DNA of 64,000 bases from Balanoglossus misakiensis (Eukaryota > Animalia > Hemichordata): assembly GCA_040954595.2 (NCBI GenBank), contig CM082588.2, positions 10,028,844-10,092,843 of the forward strand. Reading direction: 5' to 3'. Every line of letters begins with the position of its first letter. Positions within the stretch are counted from its first letter, which is position 1. Under the pieces are notes generated by a model that had not been told where the DNA came from, ran no database searches, and was given only the letters and a program-made list of their open reading frames with translations. Both the position numbers and the translations under genes were made by a program. Shown piece by piece: positions 1 through 11,286 of this stretch.

Positions 1-687
1 CTGATAGATTACAGCGGGGGTATTTTGTGTGTGTAAAGGTTAATACTAGTTGCAATAAATGACGTCGAGTGGTTTCGGTTGAATTCCATTTGTGCAAGGC
101 AGTGGTGGACAGCAATAAACCATGCAAGGTGACGCTGTTATCAATGCGGTTCCTTTAATGTTGTCTGCTCTGTCATACAGCGACTATTCTGACCGTGTAT
201 GCAGGTCGACGTCCAGTGGCTTTGACGGCGTGTCATTCAGAACTCGGCGGTAAGTGTAATAAGACAAAAGTTAGCTAATTTACCAATTATTGCTTTGTAT
301 GTAGGAATTAATGTTTTGAAATGATGCAACGAGTCTTGAATTTAATTGACATTATAAAAAGATGATGTTGGCTGGCAAAAGTAAATTCTCAGTTAATATC
401 CTGAACATCTAAAACAGTATTGCAATGAATGATCATTGTAATTTGTGGACGTATTTGCTTCACATTGCAGTTCACATTGCATTGCGACACTTTGTGTTTA
501 CTTTGCAAAGTGGTTAGACGTACGTAGTTTTGGAAGCAAAGCGGACAAAATACAGCTAGATACTAGATACTTGACTATTCTGACACGCGATTCTGTAGAC
601 AGTACAGTGTGTCCTCGATGCAATCTACTGTAGAACATATGTGTACTCACAGTCATGAATCTACTTAACGTGTCAGGATTTACCGTT

Positions 688-2201
688 GTACTTGTTCGAG
701 CACTGTCATCACTGCTCGACTGAGCTTATCAAGAAAGCCGAAACGGAGTAGCACACAACCCCAAATCAATAATGCAACATTCACGTAAGACAGCGATCTG
801 CAGTAGAAATAGAATAGTACTGGACAAGTCATGGTTTAATTTATATGTGAACACATTTGTGAGACGTACATTCTGATTGGCTCCGTTTCGTCAACTCTTT
901 AACTGGCCGATGAATAATTGAATAATTCTAAACATGAGAAATAAAACACGGTCTCTTCTGGCAACGCAGAAACTGTACAGGGGGGAATAGTTTACGTCAA
1001 TGTGTTGAATGCAAAACAGCTGTATGAATTCTAGCTCATGATAATCCTGACGTTATCGCGATCTGGTTGAGAAGTGTTTCTATCCTGCTTGATTGTGTGT
1101 TTGAATGGCGGAGTATTTCTCTACCAACTAAAACATTCTGTGCTATAAAATGTGTTGAGTGGTTTCGGTATGCCATAAAGCCAAAACAATAAACAGTATA
1201 CATGTATTTAATCTTTAAGACCCTAAGTAAATTTCTTCTGATTACAAGCTGAATAGATTGTTTGTATGACAATCAATTTCAAAACGGATTCCACGGATCG
1301 GAATATCCACAATTCTCGATGTACATATAGTCCCAAACATCATAACTGAAAGGTCTAATTTATGAATACATTTTATAGTGGCCAGGTCACAAATATCCCC
1401 CATACTTCTTTACTTTGTACCACATAGAGAGCGCTGATAACAGCAATAAAATCAATATTGGCTGACAATTTTATGAATGCTGGTCTCGGTTTTAATAAAT
1501 CCTAGTCGAAAAGGATTAATGCGAATGAACGGTGCTGATAAAGATGACACAAGTAAAGGGTCTATGACATGCTTTAAAAAGTTTTCATTTTTCCACGTCA
1601 AAAGCTCACCTAGGGTACCTGTCTATGCATTGCTTATTGTGTCGGTTCCGAAAAATGTGCGCGAATGCCGGAATTTGCCCCCTTTTTTCATGCCTGTGAT
1701 CAGGAAGCCACTTCGCACTCGAGCCAGGCGAAGGTATTTGCATATGGTCAAACAAGTACACTAGGTCCTAGTAGTCCTGTTTACAGTAAAGTGTAATTAG
1801 CGGTCCATGAGTAATTAAGTCCACAGTCAAAGACAAGCTATATAAACAGTGTTCAAAGCAAAGGAAGCCCTTGCCTCACATTACAGGCAGAGGATTTACA
1901 AAGGTGTGAAAGACTATTTGTCCACATCAAGATAAGTCTTCGGCTTAACTTCGAAAAGCCGAAAAAAATCGACTGAGTTGGGTTAGGGGTACACGCCCAC
2001 TCGCCACTTTTACTTGCCTGTTATCTAAGCACAGAGGGTGATACGCAATGCCAGATAGTAACATACGTTAACTTCAAGACCCAAAGAGTGATTTTACGTG
2101 TGGTTGTATAGGGCTTATCATAGGCACTTTAACACTGGTACACGTGCAATCTCACTGACTCCAAATATAATCAGATGAAGGTGTTGATGAAGGCCATTCT
2201 C
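688..2201 (+). repeat. Diverged local duplication, copy A (interrupted by element 1557-2128)
   Basis: Colinear matching blocks with 2873-4126, e.g. TACTTGTTCGAGC, GACAGCGATCTGC, TTCTGATTGG, TTATCGCGATCTGGTTGA, GTGTTGAGTGGTTTC, GTATTTAATCTTTAAGAC, TCTCACTGACTCCAA, TGAAGGCCATTCTC. Confidence 0.85.
1557..2128. mobile_element. Degenerate non-autonomous DNA transposon, Kolobok-like (AG..CT termini, TTAA-type target)
   Basis: The left end gtaa|AGGGTCTATGACATGC matches the reverse complement of the right end, ttaa|AGTGCCTATGATAAGC. The segment is absent from the paralogous copy at about 4040-4070, where the flanks GGTGCTGATA...ACACTGGTACAC are contiguous. The superfamily call is inferred from the termini only. 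Confidence 0.7.
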
Positions 2202-2525
2202 CACGACAATAATAACTGCAAGCAATTGCTTATCTACGTTCGGATGAAAATAAAAAAATGGATTAACATGTCTAAAACTGTTTGTAAATGTAGGTCTTAT
2301 AATTTATGGATATTATATGTAAACTTAAGTTAACCTACTTCAAGTTGGCGTTTATCCGTCTCACGACCTAGTTAATGTTTAAGTTAATTTTTTTTCAATA
2401 CACGCGCGGTTATCCAACGTGTGACAAAGAACAGAGAAGTCCCGGTCTCCCATGACGACATTTTATTTATAATTTTTTTGGTTACACGTATTTAACCTCT
2501 TTCGCTGATTTGTTGTAAACTAACT

Positions 2526-2700
2526 TTTTATGAGCAGCAGGTCCTAGCTTGAGATAAAACACCTGTTGAAATACATGCCTGTGTTATTTTGTATTCATTC
2601 TGACAGTGCTTCTATAAACATGGCAGACCGGAGTCATGCAATATAAATGAATAATGACCTCTGACCCGACATGAGTTCCTTTAAAGTGACGCAGGTATGG
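2526..2700 (+). repeat. Diverged segment of about 170 bp also present in intron 1 at about 6832-6999
   Basis: Shared blocks TTTTATGAGC, CTAGCTT.AGATAAAACACC, TTGAAAT.CATG.CTGTGTTA, TGACCCGA.ATGAGTTC and GTGACGCAG..ATGG. Confidence 0.75.
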
Positions 2701-2872
2701 CGCCAGCCTATCACAATATATGTGACAGCTGGGCTGACATAGCTATATAATGTGCTGTAGACACCATTTCGTCTGACTGGGCCTGCAATTTATGCCAGTC
2801 CTGGCCCAATTTTCTAAAAAAATATACCCCTTGAAATACAATATTCTACTCAATATGTCTTGATTTACTGTA

Positions 2873-4126
2873 TACTTGTTCGAGCGTTGTCCTTTTGACA
2901 GTCACACCTGAGCGATTCCACTGAAGTCTCCGGATAATAAGCGGACACGAGCAAAAGGATTTACACACGGTCGATCCTCGACTCCTCGACTGGGATTTAC
3001 ACAAAGGCCGAAACAGAGCAGCGAATACCATCAATCACCAAACACTCACGGAGGACAGCGATCTGCTGTAGAAAAAAAATAATACAAATCGGCAAGGCAA
3101 AGTAACGGTTAAAATTTGCATTTCGATACATTTATGAGACGCACGTTCTGATTGGTTCCATTTCGCCAGCGCTCGAATAGTCTAGGAGTTGTGATGTAAC
3201 TAGCACCCCCTTGTAGTCAATCGTATAAACTGAACACTGGTGATTAAGCGTTAGATTATAGTGAAGGTGGGGCTAATTTGAAATTTTACCCATCCTTAAG
3301 TACACATGTATGTATATCATTTGTCCAATCCTACGAAAAATAGTCTGGGATTGACTTAAGAGGGACACTAGTTACATCACAATTCCCAGGTTTTATTGGG
3401 CCAGTGGCATGTAGGGGCATGCATGACCCTAGACATAATTTTGAAAGCAAAGCGGACAAAATACGGCTAGATACTAAACTAGTATAATTAAGATCATGCG
3501 AAATAAATCACGGCCTCTTTTGGCAACTCAGAAATTGTTGCTCTTAAAGGGCCATGGTTGCGACAATATTTTGCCAAACAGCTGTAGCTCACGATAATTC
3601 CTGACTTTATCGCGATCTGGTTGAAAAATGTTTGTAGCTACTTGATTGTGGTGGAGTGTTTTTCTGCCGACTAAACAAACACCCTGTGCTATATATTAAG
3701 TGTGTTGAGTGGTTTCCGTCAAAGTCTATACGCGTAAAGCCAATAGAACAAACAGTATTTAATCTTTAAGACACAAAGCTCAACAGACAGCATGTCAATA
3801 AACTTCAAACTAAACCATCGGAATATCAAGAACAATAGTTACAGAAACCTCATGAAGGACAAATTTATGACTTTTATAGTGTTCTTGTGTGGACAGGGAT
3901 GTCATTTACTCTTCTTTACATAGTACATGAGTGAGTGTGAACGCGCTGATATGAACAACAATTCAATCGATGTTGGCTAATAGGAACAAGAGTCAAAGTT
4001 TAAATTTCAATTTATAAAGTATGAATGCAGTTGAGCGGTGCTGATATCAATTACACACTGGACACTGGTACACATGGAGTCTCACTGACTCCAACATGTA
4101 ATCAGATGCAGGTGAAGGCCATTCTC
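2873..4126 (+). repeat. Diverged local duplication, copy B (interrupted by element 3182-3389)
   Basis: Same anchor blocks as copy A, in the same orientation and order, with many substitutions and indels. Confidence 0.85.
3182..3389. mobile_element. Small MITE-like element with about 30-bp imperfect TIRs
   Basis: CTAGGAGTTGTGATGTAACTAGCACCCCCTT matches the reverse complement of the right end, CTGGGAATTGTGATGTAACTAGTGTCCCT, with a 15-bp perfect core (TTGTGATGTAACTAG). It is absent from the paralogous copy near 895-930. No clear TSD. Confidence 0.65.
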
Positions 4127-6113
4127 TGTTGATAAGAGCAATACAATTTACCGACAGTTTTATGAAAACTGGTCAATGTTTGCCAACGGGTTTCTTATAC
4201 TGAGTCTTATCAGTGCGTGTGTTGTGGGTCATGTGTCAATTGCCCTTGTTTAAATCCTCAAGAGCTGCCGCTTTTTGCACTATTTTCAGGATTTTACTTT
4301 CCAACTTTAGGTATACATAAACATCTTATTGATGCCATATTTCGGCTGGATGTTGCAATTTGAACAATTGATATATTAAATGGTGCCATGCCTGTTTAAT
4401 CTGCCTCCATACAAAGAGTATACAACTATTGTGTTATGCAAGTAGTGTGCCTTGATGGTGCAAATTGTAATGGGTATATAGGGAGAATATTTAAAGTATT
4501 TTATTGTGAGAAATAATGTGGAATTTGGCAGCTCATGGGGCTTCAAATATGTTTCACTTTACAAATTCTAGATTGATAAGCCTCTTCAATTCCCCCCACT
4601 GGCCCACTTAATTTCTTTTCACTCTGGCAGCAAACTTTTTTCCAGAAGTTTTTTTGCTGAAAGATTCTGACTGCTGATTAATAATTGATGTAACCTGGGT
4701 TACAGCAAACTATCAAAATACATAATTTATAATGTTTCCTCCACTGACCACATCAACAAGTGTTGATAGGTATGAGTACCGGAATTTCTAATCTTGAAAA
4801 TTGTTGATGTGTTTTAAAAGGCAAAAAGTAATAAACTGGCCAGTTTAGTCTTCTGATGGGTCAGTCCAGTGACTCATGAAACAACGTGGTAGAGATTATA
4901 TCGCCTTGTTCTCTCATTTAAATTTGCACCATGACCCAAAATTTTTGGTCTAAATTTAAGATTTTATTTTTCAAGGTACAAGACTACCTTAATTCTTTCA
5001 ACCCAATTTCCTTCTATAGAGGTCCAATTTTACTCTAGAAGACAATTGATTGAAGCTAAACCATGGTGATGAAATGATTAAAAATATAAGTTTGAGATAA
5101 ATCATTAAATGTCAGCACTTGCTTCAGCTTCATTCTACCTGAGATTTTTGAGTTTATAGATTTAATTTGGATGGTCACTTGAATTATAATTGAGAAAAGC
5201 TCTACTACTTGTATATCTTATGAATTCTATCTTTTATTTTAATGTACAGTACATTGAAGGTCATTGACCACTTAAAATTGAGTGTATGAGAGTGGGTTCA
5301 TTTTTATATAATATACTCTGATTTTCAATCTCTCATGCAACAATTCCAAATTTAAAGACACAGTCGGCAAGAATGCCGTATTTGGCTATAATGCTACATG
5401 TTGGAAAATATGCCAATTTGCGAAGACGGGAAATACTAAATTTCTCAACACTAACAGGAAATCACCCACAACTGACAAACGAAACAAAATCCTCGATAGT
5501 AAATGTAGTCGTAGACGTGCAGTGATATTCACTCACAATCACATGATTACAGACACTGCTGTATTTGACAGCACAGTACATGTATACGATATCTTATACT
5601 GCACTGGGCTGTCAACTTCGACGGGGCCTGTCGGTCAGTCACATACTGTCTGGCACAACATGCATTGACTGAAAGCCAACTAGGTCAAGGGTCCTTTATA
5701 ATATTTGAATTCATTGCCTGTCTTGTGTGTACGTCATCACAATGTAATGCAGTGATCATTCTCCCCCACAGTCGCACGGGGGTTGGATTGTATATCACGG
5801 CGATCACCTATGACACAGAAAAGTGTCATAGGCTATCGCCGCGTAAACAAAACACTACACAACCCTCAGTCATGCGACTGTGTTCTCCCCAGACACTTTT
5901 GGCTGCACTCCTGGCATTGTCACACCGCCAGTGGCGAACTAGTGAAGCGAGAAGAGTCTGCAAAGCGAGACTATGTCCTATACTGAAGCTTGTGAAGTGG
6001 GAATAGGCCACTCCATTCCACTGCTCGTACTGTTATAAAACATACATATTCAAATTGTTGCTTAATGTGCCACCTAGTTAAGTGATTTAAACAGAAATCT
6101 AGGAGTTCTGCAG

Positions 6114-6230
6114 TGACGTCACCACAGTATTGAAGTGTATATGCCACACTTTTATGGCGTTATGAACTTTGACCCAACTCTTGTCATTATTTTCCTTTGT
6201 AGTGTACTTCCTTATTTATCGGGGTTTTCC
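6114..6230 (+). promoter_or_regulatory. Putative proximal promoter motif cluster of the ankyrin gene (CRE, DR1, ETS, kappaB)
   Basis: TGACGTCA at 6114-6121; TGAACT-T-TGACCC at 6163-6175; ACTTCCT at about 6206-6212; GGGGTTTTCC at 6221-6230 (fits GGGRNYYYCC). All lie 140-260 bp upstream of the ATG. These are motif matches only. Confidence 0.5.
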
Positions 6231-6355
6231 CCCAACTGTTTGCCAACATCACCTGACCAGGTAGGCGACGACGCCATTATAGAACATTTGCGAAGCTGAC
6301 TTGTTCTTCTCTAAAGCGGTGCTACTGATCCAGATTCTTAAAGTATTCCACCACA

Positions 6356-6370
6356 ATGTCTACAACGTAA
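6356..6370 (+). promoter_or_regulatory. Upstream mini-ORF (MSTT*) ending 2 nt before the main ATG
   Basis: ccacaATG TCT ACA ACG TAA cc ATG. The upstream ATG has A at -3 and is out of frame with the main ORF. Confidence 0.5.
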
Positions 6371-6372
6371 CC

Positions 6373-6402
6373 ATGGCTTCTGGAGAGTATAAGGATCCAG
6401 AG
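6373..6402 (+). CDS. Ankyrin-repeat protein gene, coding exon 1 (MASGEYKDPE)
   Basis: ATG in a strong Kozak context (taaccATGG), then 10 codons and a canonical donor GAG|GTAAGT at 6403. It is phase 0 and joins in frame to the exon at 9231. The join is inferred, with no transcript evidence. Confidence 0.7.
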
Positions 6403-6831
6403 GTAAGTGAACCCTTAACTGTAGCAACCGACATTTCACACCAAAGGCAACGATGTCTGGCAGTGACGCGTACGACGGCTGTTTTTATGAGTGGTTTATA
6501 TTTTGTTTGTTTTTTGGGGACTGAGGACTGTTGTTCAAAATTTCTCCCTTCAACCCCATGCACGTAAATTTAACGAGAAATTTTGGTCTCAAAACACATG
6601 ACGGTTACGTTTAGACTTGTGGCTAGTCGGTGGCTAATAGGTGTTTTTTATTTTTCAACGGGTCAAGTGTCTGTTTGTATTGCTAGATAGTGCATTCATT
6701 AATAAACAATTACCAAGTTGACAAAAAAGTCACACTAATCACAATGTTTTCCATTCACAAGTCCAAGTATCCATTGAACGATATTTTTCAAAAATGATTT
6801 TACCGGTTGAGCAAGTCCTAAGTAAACACAA

Positions 6832-6999
6832 TTTTATGAGCGAGTTCTAGCTTTAGATAAAACACCCATTGAAATCCATGTCTGTGTTAATTTGTAACCA
6901 TTCCGGCAATATGTCTCTATATGGGGCAGTCAGATTGACGCCATATCAAATGATAACCTTTGACCCGAAATGAGTTCATTCAAGGTGACGCAGACATGG
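6832..6999 (+). repeat. Second copy of the segment at 2526-2700
   Basis: Same shared blocks as the 2526-2700 copy, in the same orientation. Confidence 0.75.
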
Positions 7000-7603
7000 T
7001 GTTGGTCATAAGGGGTCGTGGATAATTATTAAATCCGCATGAGCTGACTCAATCTTCTCCGTATCCTTTGCCGACAGACGACACGACAGGTTGATGATAC
7101 ATTTTCGCATACCCTCGAGTAAGCTTTTAAAAATCGACCGACCGAACTTTGATAGTAAAATCACGAAAATAATGCATGACGTGAGGCATGTCAAATGCAA
7201 CTATATCTCATTTAACCCAAACCCCTCGCTTAAGTTTGGAAGAACAAAAGGAAATGAATATTTATCCCCTCGACGTTTTTACACTGACTCTCTCTCCAAG
7301 AACACATATTTGGTGTAACCCCAAAAGAAATGAAATTAAATCGGTACCCGTGTAAACATAAAGTTGTGATATCTACTGACTTATAAACAATATTTTCATC
7401 ACAGAATGTTTGTTCCAAAACTCGTGACACTAATAGACCATAGTGAAGAAGTTGCTAATGAACGCTTTAATCCCAATTCAGCATAAGATTAAGGTACACC
7501 ATGCACCAATTCTTTTATTTCTAATAAACAGTTGTCTACAAACCAAATTATTGAGGTACTAGCACATTTCAGTATGGTTTATTGTCTTCTGCCTGTATGT
7601 ACA

Positions 7604-8005
7604 TAGCCCGGAGACACAGGCGTAGTAGGGGAAAAGGAACGCCCGGGGACAGTCTCTATTTACGCACCGAATTCTGTGCGCAGAACGACACGGCTGGTAA
7701 ATCTTGTGTGTAAGCTAATTGGTCACTCAATGTAAACCAAATGACATCATCGCATTCTAAATAAGGAAATAGAGGTGGAGTCATGTGTGAAATTCCCGCG
7801 ACGGGATGTGGGAGTGGTTTACCAAGCTTTGTTAATTATATCATCCAACCACTGGCGCCCGTCAACATTTGATAGATCACTCGTTATCCATTCGTTACTA
7901 AGCGACCCTGATCGTTGCCAGGGCTACTATCTTTCAGCTCAGCAGGAAATTTCTCCACTGTCCCCGGGCGTTGTATTCTAGATCAACGCCTGTGTCTCCG
8001 GGCTA
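7604..8005. mobile_element. Non-autonomous DNA transposon (MITE), 402 bp, TAG..CTA termini, 9-bp TSD, in intron 1
   Basis: Perfect 20-bp TIR TAGCCCGGAGACACAGGCGT (7604-7623 / 7986-8005). Second perfect 16-bp inverted repeat AACGCCCGGGGACAGT (7638-7653 / 7957-7972). Exact flanking direct repeat GTATGTACA (7595-7603 / 8006-8014). Confidence 0.93.
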
Positions 8006-8327
8006 GTATGTACAAGACGAGGGGGGTTATACACCAGCAAGTTCTTCATCTGTTCAAATTTACAAGTCAGACATTTTGTGCTCAGTAGTGCATTATGGGC
8101 CGGTTGTCGTTAACCTGGAATGTCGTTCATTGTTTTCGTTTTGTTGGAATTCCAGTATTTTGTGATAATAATTTCACCGATGAAATGGTTTCCTGTCAGC
8201 AATATCTGCACTATGTATTATTCGCGATCAAAACTCACAAAAAATTACATTTTCCCCATGAAGGGATATTGTGCGCGTGCGTGAATTAACCACAACTCCA
8301 AAGAATAATGGCATATAAATCAAGAAA

Positions 8328-8506
8328 TAGGGGAATGGTCAGTTTTTTCGGCCTGGGGGAGGTCACCCTGTTTTGGAATTGGGTGATGGGGGGGGGGGGG
8401 AGGTCATCCACTTTTGCATGGTCAATGAAGGAGGGGAGCGGTCAGTAACTTTTTGATATCCACAAAATAGAATCCACTCAAGGCCGAAGAAACTGACCAG
8501 TTCCTA
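8328..8506. mobile_element. MITE with about 26-bp TIRs and an internal G-run (possibly PIF/Harbinger-like)
   Basis: TAGGGGAATGGTCAGTTTTTTCGGCCT (8328-8354) matches the reverse complement of 8481-8506, TAGGAACTGGTCAGTTTCTTCGGCCT, with an 18/19 identical core. The superfamily is tentative. Confidence 0.75.
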
Positions 8507-9230
8507 AGCGCATACGGTTAACTACTATAAAAATGAGACATTCTAACCGATAGAAATGAACTTGTCTACGTCAACCATAACTTTGTGGCTGATCACAACG
8601 GAAACAAGTGTTATCCGTTGGCCGTGTAGTGACAGCCGTGCTGTGACGTTCATTGCTGACCGTCGGTTGTTGATTCCATGTTCTGACCAACATGACGACA
8701 TCCCAAATCTGTAGACTATAACAATAGAGTGGCTGAACAGTGAATTGACCATTACCTTGTTCACGTTTCTTTTATGACAATCATGCAAGCCCTATCAAAC
8801 AGTCAAAAATGCTTCTTGGGAAGCACATCAGTGACCAGGTATACAAAGCTGTCGCACGACCCACACACTACTACAGCTACACAATAACTTGCTCACACAG
8901 TTTGGACAAACATTCACAGTGATACTCTCATTTCATTTCTTCACCGTTCTCTTGAGACCGTTGCCTTATCATGAGTCCATGGGCTCATCCGGGCATTTTC
9001 CAGTACATGTATCTATATTTTGGTGTAAGCCGTGTACGTTTATGTGTAATTAAAATACATTACCATATCATCGATGCAAATGGTTTACACAATGTGATGT
9101 AACAGTTTAGGTATTATTTCTTGGTGTTTGTGATTTTGTTTGTTCATAATCAAAGATCAAATACTGAAGAATTTTATTTTTAACGGAATATTTAAAAAAT
9201 AACAATTGTATGTTTCACTGAATGTTATAG

Positions 9231-9329
9231 GATCTCATTAAAGCCGCTGAGAATGGTGATGTTGTAAGGATTCAATCGTTGATAGATGATGGCTATGATG
9301 TCAATGCAAAGGGTAAATACCGTGGCATG
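9231..9329 (+). CDS. Ankyrin-repeat protein gene, exon 2 (DLIKAAENGDVVRIQSLIDDGYDVNAKGKYRGM)
   Basis: Acceptor ttatag| at 9230 and donor |GTAAGT at 9330 enclose 99 nt (33 aa) with no stop. The translation matches the ankyrin consensus (L..AA..G....V..L...G.DVNAK). It is too short to appear in the ORF track. Confidence 0.9.
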
Positions 9330-11187
9330 GTAAGTATTTGCACTGCCTTAATCAACATTTCACACGTACAACCAAGTCACACAGGTAACGAATCTGAAGC
9401 GGCAATCGTCTTGACCTTGACTTTATTGATGAACGCAAACCTTTCCTGTGTTTGATATACCAGCTTAATGCATTTGAAATAGAAAACGTGTCAAAAAATA
9501 AAGCTTGTTTCCTCGTTTGTTTCTCTTTAATAGCAATTTGAACTTAGAAAAAAAATTTAAACCAAAACGAATAAGAACATAGTATCGACTAAAATGTCCA
9601 CGTATCCGTATATTGTGATCAGTAACAGTCTGTGGCGAGGTTATTGACAAATCCAGATCGATGTTTGCAAATGTCATAAAAAATGAAAGTGTTTACAAAT
9701 AATTGAAACCCAAAAAGCGACATAACGTAGAGATTAAAAATCCCGCGTCGTAATTCAAAACGGAATTCAGGTGAATATGGTCATGGAAAAGAGTGCCGTT
9801 GGTTGCCCTTATAAACAAAAAGTGCGGATTTCCTTAGTCTGTGGTGTTTGTATTACAAGTGTGTTCTTTAGGCGTGATTTGAATCTTTGAGGTTGGTCAG
9901 CCGTTGAATGACTGTTGTATTTATTTGCTCTGGCTCTTCGATGGATATCTTTGCTGTATAAATTACTTGAGTGAATAAACACACATCATTGGAGATCAAC
10001 ATGTTACTGTTCCTCGGTGGACATAGAACAATGCCAGAGTAAGGACATAGTGCCTGTCTATGGGGAATACAGGGAGATTATCAGAGTCGTGACAAGGCCA
10101 GGTTGAAATGTTTCATTTGTGGACACCCAAAGAATATTTGGAATCTGTGTCATTGCAGGCTGGAGAGTTAGCATTTGGACGATATCTTTATTTGTGAAGG
10201 AAGCTATTGATTGCTTGTGCCCCATGCATTATGTGCCATCGTGAGCTTAAAGACTGTCTCAGGTTGTCACAAAACTATCTGGTTAAATAGGATGTAGAGT
10301 TAGGCAGTGTCTTTACTATTGCTGATTCTTGGCTTTTCTGTTCGGAAAGGGACGGTCCACCCAAGAAAGGCCAAGACAGAGAACAGAACAGTCAAAATGA
10401 TCACCAACGCCTAGCTCTAAATCTGATTTTAATCAAATTGGTCACATAAATTCAACAAGCAACTTTCTTGTGTTAATTAGAAGGGCGAATTCAATTTGTT
10501 TAGTGAACTCCACTTTCACACTTATTTGCGCGACCACAATTTTCCTTTTATGTTTTTTGTTAAATTCAGTGAACCAGACATATGTTTTAGTTCCATTCAA
10601 TGGATACTACAAACGCTTGTTTTTTTAAAGACAAATTTGAGAGAAACGTCCAGACTGGTTTAGACAGTTCTTTTTCTGATGTTTCCTAGCAATATTAAAT
10701 AATTATAACATTGTTGTACCCTACGTACCAACGTTGGGTTCATAGCAGGCTATACCTAAATATAAACTTACATCAACAGAGAAACAGGGGATTGTGTGTG
10801 TCGGGTGTATCACGTCCGCCATGTTTATCTGTTAGAGTACTTGGTGTGATTGAAAATTTGAATATATCCATGTAATTAATGAAATGATATTAAGACCTGT
10901 TGCACCTATGAGTGTGCATAAACATGTATAGTGCTCTACATTATATTAGAATTTTATAGTGTTGCACTTGTTAGAAAAATCTATAGGACACGTTATAAAT
11001 GTTCTCTGAAACAATAGTGTTTTGGTCTGAAACAACTATAGATGCTACACACATTTAACTCATAATATAAGTCAACACTTATAGTTATAAATCGATTCCA
11101 GTGAAATTATAGCAAAATCGCCTAACACGTCCAACATTGGAACATAGCTTGTGTTCATTTTAATTCCAATGAATTTGTCAATTTCAG

Positions 11188-11286
11188 TCTGAATCCACAG
11201 CATTGCATGTAGCAGCCAGGGAAAATAAACTGGAAGCGGCACAAGTGTTGATCGACCATGGAGCTGACGTCAATGCTAAGAATGAG
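11188..11286 (+). CDS. Ankyrin-repeat protein gene, exon 3 (SESTALHVAARENKLEAAQVLIDHGADVNAKNE)
   Basis: Acceptor atttcag| at 11187 and donor GAG|GTAAGT at 11287 enclose 99 nt, phase 0. The translation is a textbook ankyrin repeat (TALHVAA...LIDHGADVNAK). It overlaps track ORF 11203..11424. Confidence 0.95.

Noticed and set aside
529-540. TTTGGAAGCAAA matching the satellite monomer (possible progenitor)
   Set aside because: The match is only 12 bp with unrelated flanks, and the paralogous copy near 3440 differs. It is probably chance.
4490-4992. Possible TTAA-type element ending ...GACTACCTTAA
   Set aside because: It looks like a repeat end, but I could not find a convincing matching terminal inverted repeat.
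5665-6011. Overlapping ORFs of 61-113 aa upstream of the gene
   Set aside because: They use non-ATG starts, show no recognisable homology, and overlap on both strands as expected by chance.
6034-6040. TATAAAA as the gene's TATA box
   Set aside because: It lies upstream of the motif cluster, about 340 bp from the ATG in AT-rich DNA, and cannot be supported without TSS data.
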